Assembly: GCA_964016885.1 (NCBI GenBank)
Contig: OZ024745.1
Span: 111,104,001-111,168,000, forward strand
Direction of reading: 5' to 3'
Length of the DNA stretch: 64,000 nt
DNA from: Eledone cirrhosa
Taxonomy: Eukaryota
The notes below the pieces were generated by a model. It did no database searches, was not told the DNA's origin, and was given only the letters and a program-made list of their open reading frames with translations. Shown in pieces: positions 1 through 14,719 of the stretch. Position 1 is the stretch's first letter; the number at the start of each line of letters is the position of its first letter. Position numbers and translations under genes: made by a program.

Positions 1-997
1 CTTGTATAAATTGGAGATGGTTTTTATAATTTCTTTTTTTTTTTGTGGTGGTGGTGGTGGTAGATGGTGGTTGTGGTAGTAGTGGGAGGGGGGGGGGGCT
101 GTTCTAAAGGAGATAAATATTACAGAAATAAATCTACATGTAAGACAAATTGTCGTTCTTTTATTATTTTCATGTTCCTATACAGGTTTCAGTCTTAAGA
201 CTGCAGCCCTGAGCCATGGACTCTGCAGAACTTCAGTGAAGGTAACCCACCTAAGAGGGCAATAATCCTAAATAAGTACTTGCATGGAGAAGGTATGAAC
301 TCTGTATGCTGATGGCAAAGACACCATATTGAAGAGAACATAAAAACTGATAGAGTGTAGAGAAGAAACTTTAGTCCTCACAATCTCTCTTGCATTGGTT
401 CCACTACACTAGCTACTCATACATCTAATATCATTTGCCAAGAATAGGTGCTAGTTGGTTTTTGTTTTTTCTGGAAAAGATACTTTAACATACCAGTGTC
501 CTGTCGGGGCTAGATATATCTTTCATTTTGTTCAACACCCCTTACATCCTGCAGTAAAGCTCACCATGAACTGTTGAGCTTATCAAGAGATTAACTAATC
601 TTAGCTCTGGCATAAAGCTGATATTGAACTTGTTTAGAAGATTTTTCTTCACGTGTTATATATAATATTACAATAGTTGGATCTTTTACTTCTTATTTGT
701 TGCTTGACTTCTTTATTTTTGGTCATTTTCACATTTCTCTTTTATTTACAAGACATTTCATGAGTCAGCCATGAATTGGAAGATAGAAAAAGTTATTTTA
801 GTACCAATCATGTTTCTTCCCACCCTCCTAAAAGTCATTTTGGTGTCTCTCATTGTTTATTACCATTTCTTTCATTTTTTACAAAGCCATCGATTATTAG
901 TAGGATCTCACTACATGCCAGATAAAAAGGTTTGGTGCTTGTGATTGTAAAGAAAAAGAGAGAGAGAGACAGACAGAAAAAAGGAGGGAGAGGGAAT

Positions 998-1047
998 TGA
1001 CGTCACTTTTAGACAAGGGAAAAAATATTTCACTATATTATGCAAAT
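998..1047 (+). promoter_or_regulatory. Full CRE palindrome (TGACGTCA, 998-1005) plus octamer (ATGCAAAT, 1040-1047); possible promoter ahead of a non-coding exon ending at a GTGAGT donor (1166)
   Basis: Two exact consensus motifs about 35 bp apart in unique sequence; motif match only. Confidence 0.2.
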
Positions 1048-2059
1048 ACAGGAAGAGCCATCAATAAACTGGACGTGTTTCGGAGCAGTGGCCATAGACT
1101 TCCTTTCTTGGAATGTAATATGAATATCTAAAAGATGGGTCAGGGTTGATGTAAATCATACTGGTGTGAGTATGTGTGTGTGTGTTTTCTAGAGAGAAGA
1201 TATCAACCATTTTTGTCAATGAACAGACATTTGTTATTAGAATAATCTGCACTGATTTTTCTTCTTTTTTATTATTATTAATGGAGAGATAGAAGGAGAG
1301 TCTTTGTTACTGCAAAATACTTGTATTAGTGTCTCCTTACAGTACATTTGCTTTTAACAAAAATGAGTAAATAAAAAGAAAAAAGTTTAAAATGTAAACT
1401 AAGTGAATTTAGACAGTTTACTCAAATTGACATATTGAATTTCTTAAACTTTCATTTATCGGCTGGAACATTATTTATAAACATTTCAGATGAAATTTAT
1501 CATTCCAATTACAAGACAGCTCTCTTTGGTTAGTCAGTGGATGGAATTTATTCTTTTTCTTATAGATATTGTTATTTCTTTTTTCTAAATTAAAGGGGAT
1601 TTACTGTTGTTTTTTCTTTAATTATTATTGAAAATATCATGCAAGAAATTATATTCATTGACACAAAGAAAGTATATGAATTTTGTTGAAATGTTTTTTC
1701 TATGTTTTTTAATAGTTAATTATTGGATTGAGCAAGGAATTTCAGATGCTAAGTCAAATATAATTAAAATACAGTGTGTATTCCTCTATGTTTACATTTG
1801 TACAGAGATATATGTATCAATTTATAGAGTTATATGAGTTGGTAAGCTTTTAGTTAGTTAGCCAAAATGCTTCATTGCCCCCAAACCCCACAGCTTTTAG
1901 TTCATAATTAGGACTGTACTGTATTGTGCTCTGCTGTGATCGACCATGCTTGGCTGTACTCTGCTCTGCTGTGTTGTGCTGTAATCATAGCAAAGCAGAC
2001 TTTCATTGGTTCAGTTCATATATGAATATTATGGGAAGCAAATATTGCCATTGTTAATT

Positions 2060-2385
2060 GTGGGAGTACTCATGTGGGCTGCGACTTATTCTCTGTCTCC
2101 AGCTTTGTCATTTCGGCCACAAACCCAAGCTCTGCTGCCCACAATTCAGAGGAGAGGGAGATAACTAAATACCAGGGTTTGACCAAATGCTTCCTCTTTG
2201 TACTAGTCTCTGTCAAGACCTCTGGTATCGTTGGTCCCCACACTGCTGATTTCATAAGTAAAATCAGAAAGACGACAACTTGCTTGAGGAGAGAGCCCCC
2301 TGAGATAGGATGCCTGTTGCAAAAGGTGTCTCTGGTCGTTCTCTGCAGTAATGCCTTTGTCAATTTATCTGCAGGGTATGGCTGA
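2060..2385 (+). mobile_element. 3' fragment of a CRE-like non-LTR retrotransposon (restriction-like endonuclease C-terminus), degenerate
   Basis: Translation WEYSC/..D.FS...ATNPSSAAHNSEEREITKYQGL..F.FV.VSVKTSGIVGP...LLQKVSLVVLCSNA fits the WDxTC..D..AE..K..KY..F.P.AVET.G..G..L.QRISLA..RGNA pattern of RLE elements; frameshift near 2074. Confidence 0.65.
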
Positions 2386-3556
2386 GGCACCACCTGGACT
2401 AGAGTGTGGTTTCAGTCCCCCCACTCTCCCTTTCTTTCATTACTTGATTCTTTTTTTTTCTTTTTCTTCTTTACATTGCTTTTTTTTGTTCCCTTTAATA
2501 GCGTGTTTTGTTTTTGCATAAACAGCTTTATAAAATTTCTTAGTAATTCAATGGTCTGCTAAATTTATATACAAGGAAAAATGGTTCTTATTGTTTATGC
2601 ATAGTTTCAGCCTTGACCAAGCAGACCTGACCTATGATCAAAGATTTTCTAACCATGGCCATCCCATCTTTTTGTATATTCAGAACTGTATTATCCAATG
2701 TGTCCTAGTACATAGAGGCATCCTCACTATCTCTCTGGAAGAATGGTTTTCTATGGCATTTATTAATAAACCACTGGTGTGGCTTATTAGTTGAGAGTTT
2801 CTACTAATATATGGCTAAACATTTGATTTTAAATGAAAGCTAAGATACACATTCAAATACAAACACACACACACACTCACACAAATATACACTCACAAAA
2901 ATACATGTATACACAGCTACATAGACATACATACACTTATAAATGTACTCACATTTTAAGTGATAGCCAAGATACGCATACACATACACATAGAAACACA
3001 TACACTCACACAGCCATACACTCACAAAAATGCATCTATACACAGCTGCATAGACATACATATGCATATAAATGTACTCACACTTGAACAAATAAACAAA
3101 TATGCAAATATATTTATCTTATTATGCTAAAATGTGCAATCATATTACATTTAAATGGACACATAGTCAAATACACAACTCACATAAAAAAAAGAAGATT
3201 TATGGGGTCAGTCTATGTTCATGTCAACACAGGAACAACAATATTTTCAATTCTTTCCTCACACTTTTTCCAAAATCTAATATATATTACTAACATCAAA
3301 ATGAAATTACAACTATGACATACCATAAAAACATAAGTAGCAGACAAATATCATAATAGTGTTATTTTTTATCTCCCTTGACTCTTGGTCATCTGATATG
3401 TTGGCTACTCTGTTCATTTGGTCATGTGATACGCCATACCATCAGCTCAATGTGTCTAGCTCTTAGTAGCAGTAGAAATATAAATATCTCTTCCTTTCTC
3501 TGTTGACAATGATGTCTATTTACTCATCATCCCATCTCTCTCTCTCTCTCTCTCTC

Positions 3557-3636
<80 letters not shown>

Positions 3637-4004
3637 TCTCCCACTTGGTTGGTGTTTTTGTTTTATTGTAACCATATTAGTTATATTCTCACTGGCCCTG
3701 ACACTCATATTTCCTATTTCCCCTAACTCTGTTCTATATACTCTAGGATGACACCCTGGTCAAACATAAAGCAACACTATTTTCTTTTCTTTCTCAAATT
3801 TGTTGTTGTTTAACCCCAGGTCAGCTTTAATTGAGCTGACTTATGATTAAAGACAGGACCAGATTTAGACCATGAGAGGGTCCTGAGCAGTTCAGATTTG
3901 GTGGGACCTTCGTATAATAAAATACATGCACACACACACACACATATATATGTGTGTATATATATATATGTGTGTGTGCATATATATATATGTATATATA
4001 TATA

Positions 4005-4243
4005 AAACACAGTCCATGCTGTAATATGGTCATGTAGGTAACACGGTAAAAAGCTCCCAGTCCACACTGTAAATGTGGTTGGTGTTAGGAAGGGTATCCA
4101 ACCATAGAAAACCTGCCAGATACAGTCCTATACGAGCGAGACACGGTCACCCGACCAATCTTGCCTCAAATGGGACAATTCCCGTCTAACCCATGCTAGC
4201 GTGGAAGATAGACGTTAAACGATGATGATGATGATGATGATGA

Positions 4244-4246
<3 letters not shown>
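4005..4246 (+). mobile_element. 5'-truncated retroposon: 3' body shared with the composite RTE, RTE-type tail and (GAT)n
   Basis: Collinear with 46286-46520; ends CCCATGCTAGCGTGGAAGATAGACGTTAAAC(GAT)n; flanked by (TA)n. Confidence 0.75.
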
Positions 4247-4334
<88 letters not shown>

Positions 4335-4338
<4 letters not shown>

Positions 4339-4530
4339 TAATATTGCCAGAAATAATAACAACAGAGCACACTCACTGTTTGGTTTGGGTTGGTTTTCGT
4401 TTCTGTATCTTTTATATCTCCATAGTTAATTTAGCTGGCAATCAATGTTTATCATTGATTGACCAACGGTTAAAAATACATATATAACTATATATATATA
4501 GTCTATCAAATTTCTTTCATCGCACATATG
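4335..4530 (-). mobile_element. Degraded partial copy of the solo-LTR-like element at 15211-15454
   Basis: Shared blocks TAATATTGCCAGAA..CACACTCACTGTTTGGTT..TCTTTTATATC..ATCAAA.TTCTTTC..GCACAT. Confidence 0.55.
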
Positions 4531-4620
<90 letters not shown>

Positions 4621-4644
4621 TATGTCTGTGTGTGTACTATATTG

Positions 4645-4783
4645 AATCTATGAGATTTTGATATTATTTAGTTTGAGAACAATACCTTAATGTTCGTATG
4701 AGTGGGCAGTTATGGCCGGTTTGAAAAGAAAAAGGTGAGAGAATTCTGGCCAGATACCGCCGGTTTAAATGTTAAAGGGTTAA
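4645..4783 (+). mobile_element. piggyBac-type MITE family 1, right half
   Basis: Matches 42870-43007; ends AAATGTTAAAGGG-TTAA. Confidence 0.75.
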
Positions 4784-4834
4784 AGCTGTCTAATGTAAAG
4801 ATAGCAACATGGCAATGTAACTATATCACACTAC

Positions 4835-5005
4835 AGGCAGGGTTGTGTCATTTAAAAGTTGACTTCATAACCATGTGGTCCTAGGATTGATCCCACTATA
4901 CAGACCATTGGGCAGATGATTTCAACAATAACCTCATGTTTATAATCCCATCCATGCTTGTGAATGGAATTTGATAGACAGAATTGTGCATATAAGCTCA
5001 TCACA
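4835..5005 (+). mobile_element. Old tRNA-headed SINE (family S3), degraded
   Basis: AACCATGTGGTCCTAGG..CCCACT..GGGCAGATG..TTGTGAATGGAATTTGATAGACAGAA; similar to 44940-45095. Confidence 0.5.
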
Positions 5006-5016
5006 CATATATATAT

Positions 5017-5657
5017 CATCATCATCATCATCATCATCATCAACGTTTAACGTCCGTGTTCCACGCTTGCATGGGTTTGGACGGGGGTAGTCCCACTTGA
5101 GGCAAGAGTGATTGTCTTGCTCGCATAGGACTGTCTGGCAGGTTTTCTACAGCTGGATGCCCTTCCTAATACCAACCACATTTACAGTGTGGGTCTGGGA
5201 GGTTTTTACCGTGTTGCCTACACGGCCACATTACAGCGTGGACTGTGTTTTTTTTGTCGTGACACCTACACGATCTCATTTGTTTCGGCCTGGATGGCGC
5301 GGCACCAACATAACTTTACATAGAACGGGGTGGTGTGGATGGGGTGGGGGTGGTGGGACGGGGGTGTATTTTGTTAGAGATGCCTACTGACTGTAGTAGG
5401 TTTTACTATGTATTTAGGTAAGGTGGGTCTTCTCTATTACTGAGTACCGCCAAAGGTCTCCGTCCAGTGACATTGTCTTGGAGAGGTGTAAGTGTGTGAG
5501 GTCGGAATTTATCAGCTCGTCCCAGGTTTTTCTGGGTCTGCCTATTCCGTAGCTACCGTCTATCTTTATTGCCCTGCACTTTGTTATACAGCTATCGTCT
5601 TTCATGTGCATCACGTGTCCATACCAACGTAGCCTTCTCTCGAGTAAACAACATCTG
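5017..5657 (-). mobile_element. 5'-truncated composite RTE LINE (ORF C-terminus, long 3' UTR, tail, (ATG)n)
   Basis: Minus [40 protein letters not shown]..; near-identical to 45903-46520. Confidence 0.85.
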
Positions 5658-5668
5658 ATATATGTGTG

Positions 5669-5705
<37 letters not shown>

Positions 5706-5820
5706 AAAATTAAAATTAAGGGTTGTCATGCCTGAGAGACATGCGCCATATCCACCGTAGAATAAGCTCAAAGATTAGATCCGAGCATTACATATCAACT
5801 AGAAATAGATTGACATATAT

Positions 5821-6168
5821 CTTCATTCATCATCATTTCATTTTACGTTCGCTTTTTCCCTGCTTGCAAGGATGGGACGGGAAACTGATTCTGGCTTGAT
5901 TTCTACAGCTGGATGCCCTTCCTAACACCAACCTCATTTACAGTGAGTGCTGGGTGCTTTTTTACCGTGGCACCTCCACGACCACTTTGCAATCAAATGA
6001 TAGGGACCCCAGTCCCTATCATCTCATTTCTACAGCTGAGTAAACTGGAGCAATGTGAAATAAAGTGTCTTGCTCAAGGAAACAACACATCACCAGTCTG
6101 AGAATTGAACTCACAACCTTTCGATTGCAAGGCCAATGCTCTAACCACTAAGCCATGTGCCTCCATAT
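5821..6168 (-). mobile_element. Full-length tRNA-derived SINE, family S1 (RTE tail B)
   Basis: Minus head GGAGGCACATGGCTTAGTGG (A box)..GAGTTCAATTCTC (B box); 12-bp TSD ATTGACATATAT at 5809-5820 and 6169-6180. Confidence 0.9.
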
Positions 6169-6664
6169 ATTGACATATATATATATATAAAATAAATACA
6201 TGAAACAATCACAGGGAATAATTTGTAAAGAATGTAGGTACACATAGCTAGGTAGGTAACTAATTAAAGTTTGACTAGAACTTCAAATATAAATACCTTT
6301 TAAAATGATTAATCTCCTTTGTATATATTTCTTTAAGTAAGAAATATATTTCACCTATTAATCTGTAAATCACAGCAGTTAAATTCTTGGATGTTCCCCA
6401 AAGGAGAAGAAAATAACCATCTGTGTTTACAAAGCAAATGCAAATCTGTGAATGATTCGAACCACGTGTTGCATTTTTTTTTAAATACACACATTAAACA
6501 ACGTCATCCCAGTGGCGTGAATAGGACCATCGACAGCCAGAAATAGCAGCCGAGCCTATTCAACTGAATATAGCTACCTAACTATGTGTGCCTACATTCT
6601 TTACAAATTATTCCCTGTGATTATTTCATGTATTTATTTTATATATATATATGTCAATCTATTT

Positions 6665-6733
<69 letters not shown>

Positions 6734-6734
6734 G

Positions 6735-6804
<70 letters not shown>

Positions 6805-6847
6805 TATATATATGTATATTATATAGATATATAGATATATATATATA

Positions 6848-7090
6848 GAGGAGACTGAGGTTAGCTGGACATGCTCACCGACATCCAGAGTTGACATTGC
6901 ACTCAGTGCTCCTTTGGGAGCCCCTACATGGACACACTAGAAGAGGAAGACCAAGGTTAACGTATGTTGATGCCCTAAGGACAGACACTGGTCTGTTGGA
7001 GACGCAGGACATGGCAGCGATAATGAGGGACAGAGACCGCTGGAGAGAACTCGTCCATGGATCTCGGGAATTTTACCCGCCTTAGATAGA
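6848..7090 (+). mobile_element. RTE-clade LINE 3' fragment (separate family)
   Basis: RRLRLAGHAHRHPE..LLWEP.HG..RRGRPRLTYVD.L..DTGL....MRDRDRWR, a typical RTE C-terminus. Confidence 0.8.
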
Positions 7091-7805
7091 TCATCATCAT
7101 CATCATCATCATCATTTTACGTCCGCTTTTCCCTGCTTGCAAGGGTGGGACGGGTCTTATTCAGCACAGCATCTCTCCACTCGTCACGGTCCCTCGTCAT
7201 CTCCACCGTGAGCTTCAATGATCTGAGGTCTGTTCTCACCACCTCCGCCCATGTTTTTCGTGGTCTACCTCTACCACGTCTTCCTTCAACTGGCATTTCC
7301 TGACACTTCTTCACCCATCGGTCATCCTCCATGCGCATCACATGTCCATACCACCTCAGTCTCCTCTCCCGCACACTACATTCTATCCCTCTCAGACACA
7401 GTTTCTCTCTCAACACATTTATGCTGGGTCGTTCACGCACATTTACACTGCACATCCAATGGAGCATGCTTGCCTCATTTCTTTCCAGCCGTCGCATATC
7501 CTCTGCGGTTGCTGCCCATGTCTCACTACCATGCAGCATCGCGTTCCTCACACAGGCATCATACAACCGGCCTTTCGTACGCAGGGAGAAACCTTTCTTC
7601 ATCAACAGAGGAAGCAGCTCCCTAAACTTCTTCCAACCCGTCCTTATTCTAGATACTATGGCCTCGGAACACCCTCCTCCCATGCTAATCTGATCTCCTA
7701 GGTACCGGAAGCTATCCACCACTTCTATAGCGCCCTCTCGCATTTGAAAAATGTGTCTATCAGTGCGACTTCTACTGTCTAATTTCCCTGTACATCTACT
7801 GCATA
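7091..7805 (-). mobile_element. RTE-clade LINE, 5'-truncated, open ORF (RT thumb and C-terminus)
   Basis: ORF 7117-7743 [61 protein letters not shown]; (ATG)n tail; 5' junction in (TA)n. Confidence 0.9.
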
Positions 7806-7823
7806 CATATTTATATTATATAG

Positions 7824-7854
<31 letters not shown>

Positions 7855-8330
7855 GCATACACACATACACATGCATGTGTTTGTAAGTATGCATATGAGT
7901 GTGTGCCTGTGCATAAGTGTGTGTGTGTGTGTGTGCATGTGTGTGTGTGTTAGTATGTGTGCGTGAGTGTGCGTGTGTGTGGTCATCCTCAATATGTAAA
8001 AAAGGAGTAGGCTGGAACACGATATACAGGGTCCACATTGTAAACTAAAGATGAATGGAGATAAATCTCTGTAAATGTTCAGAATGCTCACTAGGACTAG
8101 TTGATAGTGTTTGTTACCTTGGTGACAGTGCTGATTTGTTACCTATTGTGAACTTATTAACTATCTTTCCACCTGACCTCATGTTACCCTCTTTTTCCCC
8201 TGCGTGACTTTACATAAATGCATACCTCATTAGGCCCAAGCTGGTTTCAGCTGCTTGCATTTACACTACAGTTCTTTATGAGTATTAATGAATTCTAATA
8301 TTCCAGTACATCTTGTTTGTAATTAGGTAC

Positions 8331-8469
8331 TATGAGTTCAATACAATACAGTTATATTACTTATGAGTTCAATACAATACAGTTATATTACTTATGAGTT
8401 CAATACAATACAGTTATATTACTTATGAACTAAATACAATACAGTTATATTACTTATGAACTAAATACA
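8331..8469. repeat. 31-bp minisatellite, about 4.5 copies
   Basis: Unit TATGAGTTCAATACAATACAGTTATATTACT starting at 8331, 8362, 8393, 8424, 8455. Confidence 0.95.
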
Positions 8470-8473
8470 TGCA

Positions 8474-8684
8474 ATAATTGTTTCTACTTTTGGCACAAGC
8501 CCAGCAATTTGAAGGGAAGGGGAAAGTCAACCTAATTAACCCCAGTGATTTACTGGTGCTTTATTTTATCAACCCCATAAGAATGAAAGGCAAAGCCAGC
8601 CTTAGAGGGATTTGAACTCAGAATTTCGAGGTATAACTATATGCCACAAAGCATATTGTCAGATGCTCTACCGATGCTGCCAAT
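8474..8684 (-). mobile_element. tRNA-derived SINE family S2
   Basis: Reverse complement of the ..CTGAGTTCAAATCC..TTTGCCTTTCAT..GGGGTCGATAAAATAAAGTACCAG..GTGCCAAAAGTAGAAACAATT family. Confidence 0.8.
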
Positions 8685-8739
8685 ACATTAATTAACAGTA
8701 AATGTGGTTGCTCTGTAAACATAATTGATATAGTAAGGT

Positions 8740-9075
8740 GAGGCTTCTGCCTGCTACTGGAACCATGTAACCCAGTACAACCTGCTTCATGGTTATGTGG
8801 TTGACGACTAAAGTGGCTCCCCCATCAGACCTTGGTCTAGTGAGAATGGTAAGTAGAACACTAGCAACAAAATAAACAAAAGTTGTTAAAATGGTAGATG
8901 AACTCCTCAGAGTCAATGGCCATCCACCCCAACTATGGGTTAAATAGCCTCATCAGCCCACAATTGGCCAAGCGTAGTGAGTACAGCTACACCCTTGAAA
9001 CAGAAAGTGGTGGAGTTCTACAAGGGAGAGGTCTCTTCAACAGGAATGAGAAGGCCTGGGATTGGATTGGAATAG
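8740..9075 (+). repeat. Old dispersed repeat (second copy about 23550-23820), possibly an RTE 5' region
   Basis: Shared blocks ACTAAA..GGCTCCC, ACAAAAG.TGTTAAAA.GGT.GAT.AACTCCTCAGAGT.AATG.CCATC, ACAGAAAGT.GT.GAG, CAACAGGA.T.A.AAG.CC. Confidence 0.5.
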
Positions 9076-9551
9076 TAAGTATATATTATATCCAACACAT
9101 ACAGGAAAACATTACTGTTTAAGTAGCTTCCAAAATGTAAATTACAACAAAAGAATGCATTTTGAAAGATTTTCTGTCTGCAAGCTAGTTGTTTTAAGCA
9201 AGTAATATATGGTTATTCAATTTAGAATAGTGAAACATGTCCTATAAAAGCAACCCTTTACATAGAATGGCAAAACAAAAAGACAAATTCAGTGATGAAA
9301 TTACTAATAAAATTACTTAGGCTTTCAACATAATTCACAAACTAATATTACATCTGGTCTACCAAATCACTGTTACAAAAACAAAGACCCCCCCCCCCCC
9401 CCACCTCCCCTTAAAAATAAAAATAATAAAAAGACTGCTTTTAGGTTGAATGAAGACTATATTGCTTTTTCTTCTGTTTAAATAACGTTTTTTTTGTAAA
9501 CATAAGTGTGGCAGAAAAAAAAGGGAAACATCATAATTTCTTCATATATAC

Positions 9552-9648
<97 letters not shown>

Positions 9649-9660
9649 CATATATATATA

Positions 9661-10392
9661 TCATCATCATCATCATCATCATCAGGTTTAGCGTCCGTGT
9701 TCCACGCTTGCATGGGTTTGGACGGGGGTTTTCCCACTTGAGGCAAGAGTGGTTGTCTTGCTCGCATAGGACTGTCTGGCGGGTTTTCTACAGTTGGATG
9801 CCCTTCCTAACACCAACCACATTTACAGTGTGGGGCTGGGAGGTTTTTACCGTGTTGCCTACACGGCCACATTACAGCGTGGACTGTCTGGCGGGTTTTC
9901 TACAGCTGGATGCCCTTCCTAACACCAACCACATTTACAGTGTGGGGCCGGGAGGTTTTTACCGTGTTGCCTACACGGCCACATTTACAGCGTGGACTGT
10001 GTGTTTTTTGTCGTGACACCTACACGATCTCATTTGTTTCGGCCTGGATGTTGTGGGGCCAACATAACTTTACATTGAAAGGGGCGGTGTGGGTGGGGTG
10101 GAGGTGGAGGTGGTGGGACGGGGGTGTGTTTTGATAGAGGTGCCTACTGACTGTAGTAGGTTTTTACTTTGTATTTAGGTAAGGCGGGTCTTCTCTATTA
10201 CTGAGTACCGCCAAAGGTCTCGGTCCAGTGACATTGTCTTGGAGAGGTGTAAGCGTGTGAGGTCGGAAATTATCAGCTCGTCCCATGTTTTTCTGGGTCT
10301 GCCTACTCCGTGGCTACCGTCTATCTTTATTGCCCTGCACTTTGTTATACAGCTGTCGTCTTTCATGCGCATCACGTGACCGTACCAACGTA
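9661..10392 (-). mobile_element. 5'-truncated composite RTE LINE with an internal tandem duplication of about 113 bp
   Basis: Same structure as 5017-5657; block ACTGTCTGGCGGGTTTTCTACAG..TTACAGCGTGG repeated (about 9771-9883 and 9884-9997). Confidence 0.85.
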
Positions 10393-10393
10393 C

Positions 10394-11805
<1,412 letters not shown>

Positions 11806-11810
11806 GTATG

Positions 11811-11861
<51 letters not shown>

Positions 11862-12130
11862 GTATATATGAAAAAATTATGATGTTTCCCTTTTTTTTCT
11901 GCCACACTTATATATATATATATCACCGTTTTACGTCCATTTTCCACACACTATATATATATATATATTATATATATTATATATATATATATGTGTGTGT
12001 GTATATATATATATATATAAATATATATGTATATGTATATATATATTATCACCGTTTTACGTCCATTTTCCACACACTATATATATATATATATATATGT
12101 GTATATATTATAATATATATATATGTAGTA

Positions 12131-12186
<56 letters not shown>

Positions 12187-12226
12187 ATATATTATATATA
12201 TATATATTTATAATATATTATGTATG

Positions 12227-12279
<53 letters not shown>

Positions 12280-12654
12280 GTATATACATGTGTGTGTGTA
12301 TGTACTTATGGATATATGTATATATGCAGATCATGTTTAAGCTACATTTAATATCACAACATATGAAGGTAGAAACTTGTTGAAGCCATGTTGAAGAATG
12401 CTAACCATCAATGGATATTTTGCTCATTAACTAGTGGAAATAGCTTGGAGGAAAATGTTAAAAGAAGGGGTTAAATATGAGGACATTGAACAAACTTTAA
12501 CCTACTTGATCCAAGAACAGAAGCAAATATAGAAGTTATTAAATCCCTTTCTCTTATCTTTTGCACTCATAAGTAAATCTATAATGACAATACTGAACTA
12601 TGTCTCTTTTATTGAACTGTCTTGGTTTTGTAGTTTGATTTGTTTATGTATTTA

Positions 12655-12656
12655 TT

Positions 12657-12695
<39 letters not shown>

Positions 12696-12722
12696 GTCGT
12701 CGTCGTCATTATTATTATTATT

Positions 12723-12764
<42 letters not shown>

Positions 12765-12787
12765 ATTGTTGTTTTCATTATTATTAT
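12655..12787. repeat. Compound trinucleotide microsatellite (CAT)(CGT)(TAT)(TGT)
   Basis: Direct reading. Confidence 0.9.
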
Positions 12788-12998
12788 TTGCTTTTTTTTT
12801 CTACTCTTCTCTCTGCTAATGAAAATAGGCACCAAAGTGAAAAAGTGAACCAAAAAAAAACAACAGTTTAAAAAAAAATATATACAGATTTTGTATAAAA
12901 ACAGACAACTTGCTTCATAATTATTTTGTTTTAGGAAAGATTTCAAGTGAAATTCTTCACAGATCTTTTACTCTCTCTGTCTCTCTGTCTCTCTCTTA

Positions 12999-13036
<38 letters not shown>

Positions 13037-13544
13037 ATCTATCTCTCTCTCTATCTATCTAACTATCTATCTATCTATCTATCTATCCTTTTTTTTTTTT
13101 TTTTGGTATATTTTTTTGAATGAGACTAATTTAATATTTCAATTGTTTGCTAAATGAAGGAAAGGATGGAAATGAAATGCATTCATTTTATTTTCATATT
13201 TTCTTCATTCTGTTTTGTTGTTTTTACATTCTAAAGAGGATCGGAAGTCTGAGGTTATGTACAGTTTAGTAACAAGTAAACATTTCAAAACAATATGCAA
13301 AACAAAAAATACCAAAGGGAAATCCCAATAAGAGATAAACCATTGTCTTTAGGGTATACTTTACGGTCTTGTGCTATTTCAAATTCTGTTGAAGTACAAA
13401 AGTACAGAATTTCAGGTGTATCTATCTAAACACAGGCTTCTCAAAATACACACAGTCAATGCAATGCAGTGGTATGCTTATATCCTAAGGGACTCCAATC
13501 ATGACTTTGACTTTTTATTAAAAATAATATATATATATATACAC

Positions 13545-13577
<33 letters not shown>

Positions 13578-13747
13578 TATATATATATGTTTATATATGA
13601 TGATGATGATGATGATATATATTTAAAATTTCTGCCATTTGAAAGTAAATGTATATTAAAGCAGCTGGATGTCAAATACAATAAGGTTTGAATTGTTCCT
13701 TAAACTGTATAACTTGAAGCTGTTGAATGTTTCATAACAACAATAGA

Positions 13748-13878
<131 letters not shown>

Positions 13879-13953
13879 TGTTTGTGTGTGTGTGTATATA
13901 TATATACACACACACACTCATATATATATATATACACACACACACACGCTCTC

Positions 13954-14429
<476 letters not shown>

Positions 14430-14460
14430 TGTTTGTGTGTGTATATATATATATATATGA

Positions 14461-14500
<40 letters not shown>

Positions 14501-14504
<4 letters not shown>

Positions 14505-14719
14505 GTGGTAACACAACAGTTAGTTCACCATACCGAGAACAATTGTTTCACCTTAGCAGATCTTGAGCTCGTACTGCCAGCAGTATGAGCTGAAGATCTG
14601 CGAAGGTGAAACAATTGTTCTTGGTATGGTGAACTAACTGTTGTCTTACCCGTTCTACCTAACTCGTCCCATGGACTGAGTGCTCTACCACTACGGATAT
14701 TACCTTCCAGGGTTCTACT

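Noticed and set aside
187-241. Small exon (TACAG..AG/GTAACC)
   Set aside because: Splice-like signals only; the ATG frame stops after 7 codons and the region resembles old repeat sequence.
2070-2393. Minus-strand 107-aa ORF as a host exon
   Set aside because: It is the antisense shadow of the CRE-like fragment.
8331-8469. 31-bp repeats (and the 57-58 kb array) as a CRISPR array
   Set aside because: No unique spacers, no cas genes, and a eukaryotic context.
8925-8965. Minus-strand CTGATGA with a 6-bp hairpin (similar isolated boxes near 21217, 25064, 27941, 34287, 60819)
   Set aside because: No correctly placed GAAA/UH or closing stem I.
14502-14656. miRNA gene
   Set aside because: The 2-nt loop, TA flanks and mirrored hammerhead cores are better explained by a fold-back element; it cannot be called without small-RNA data.
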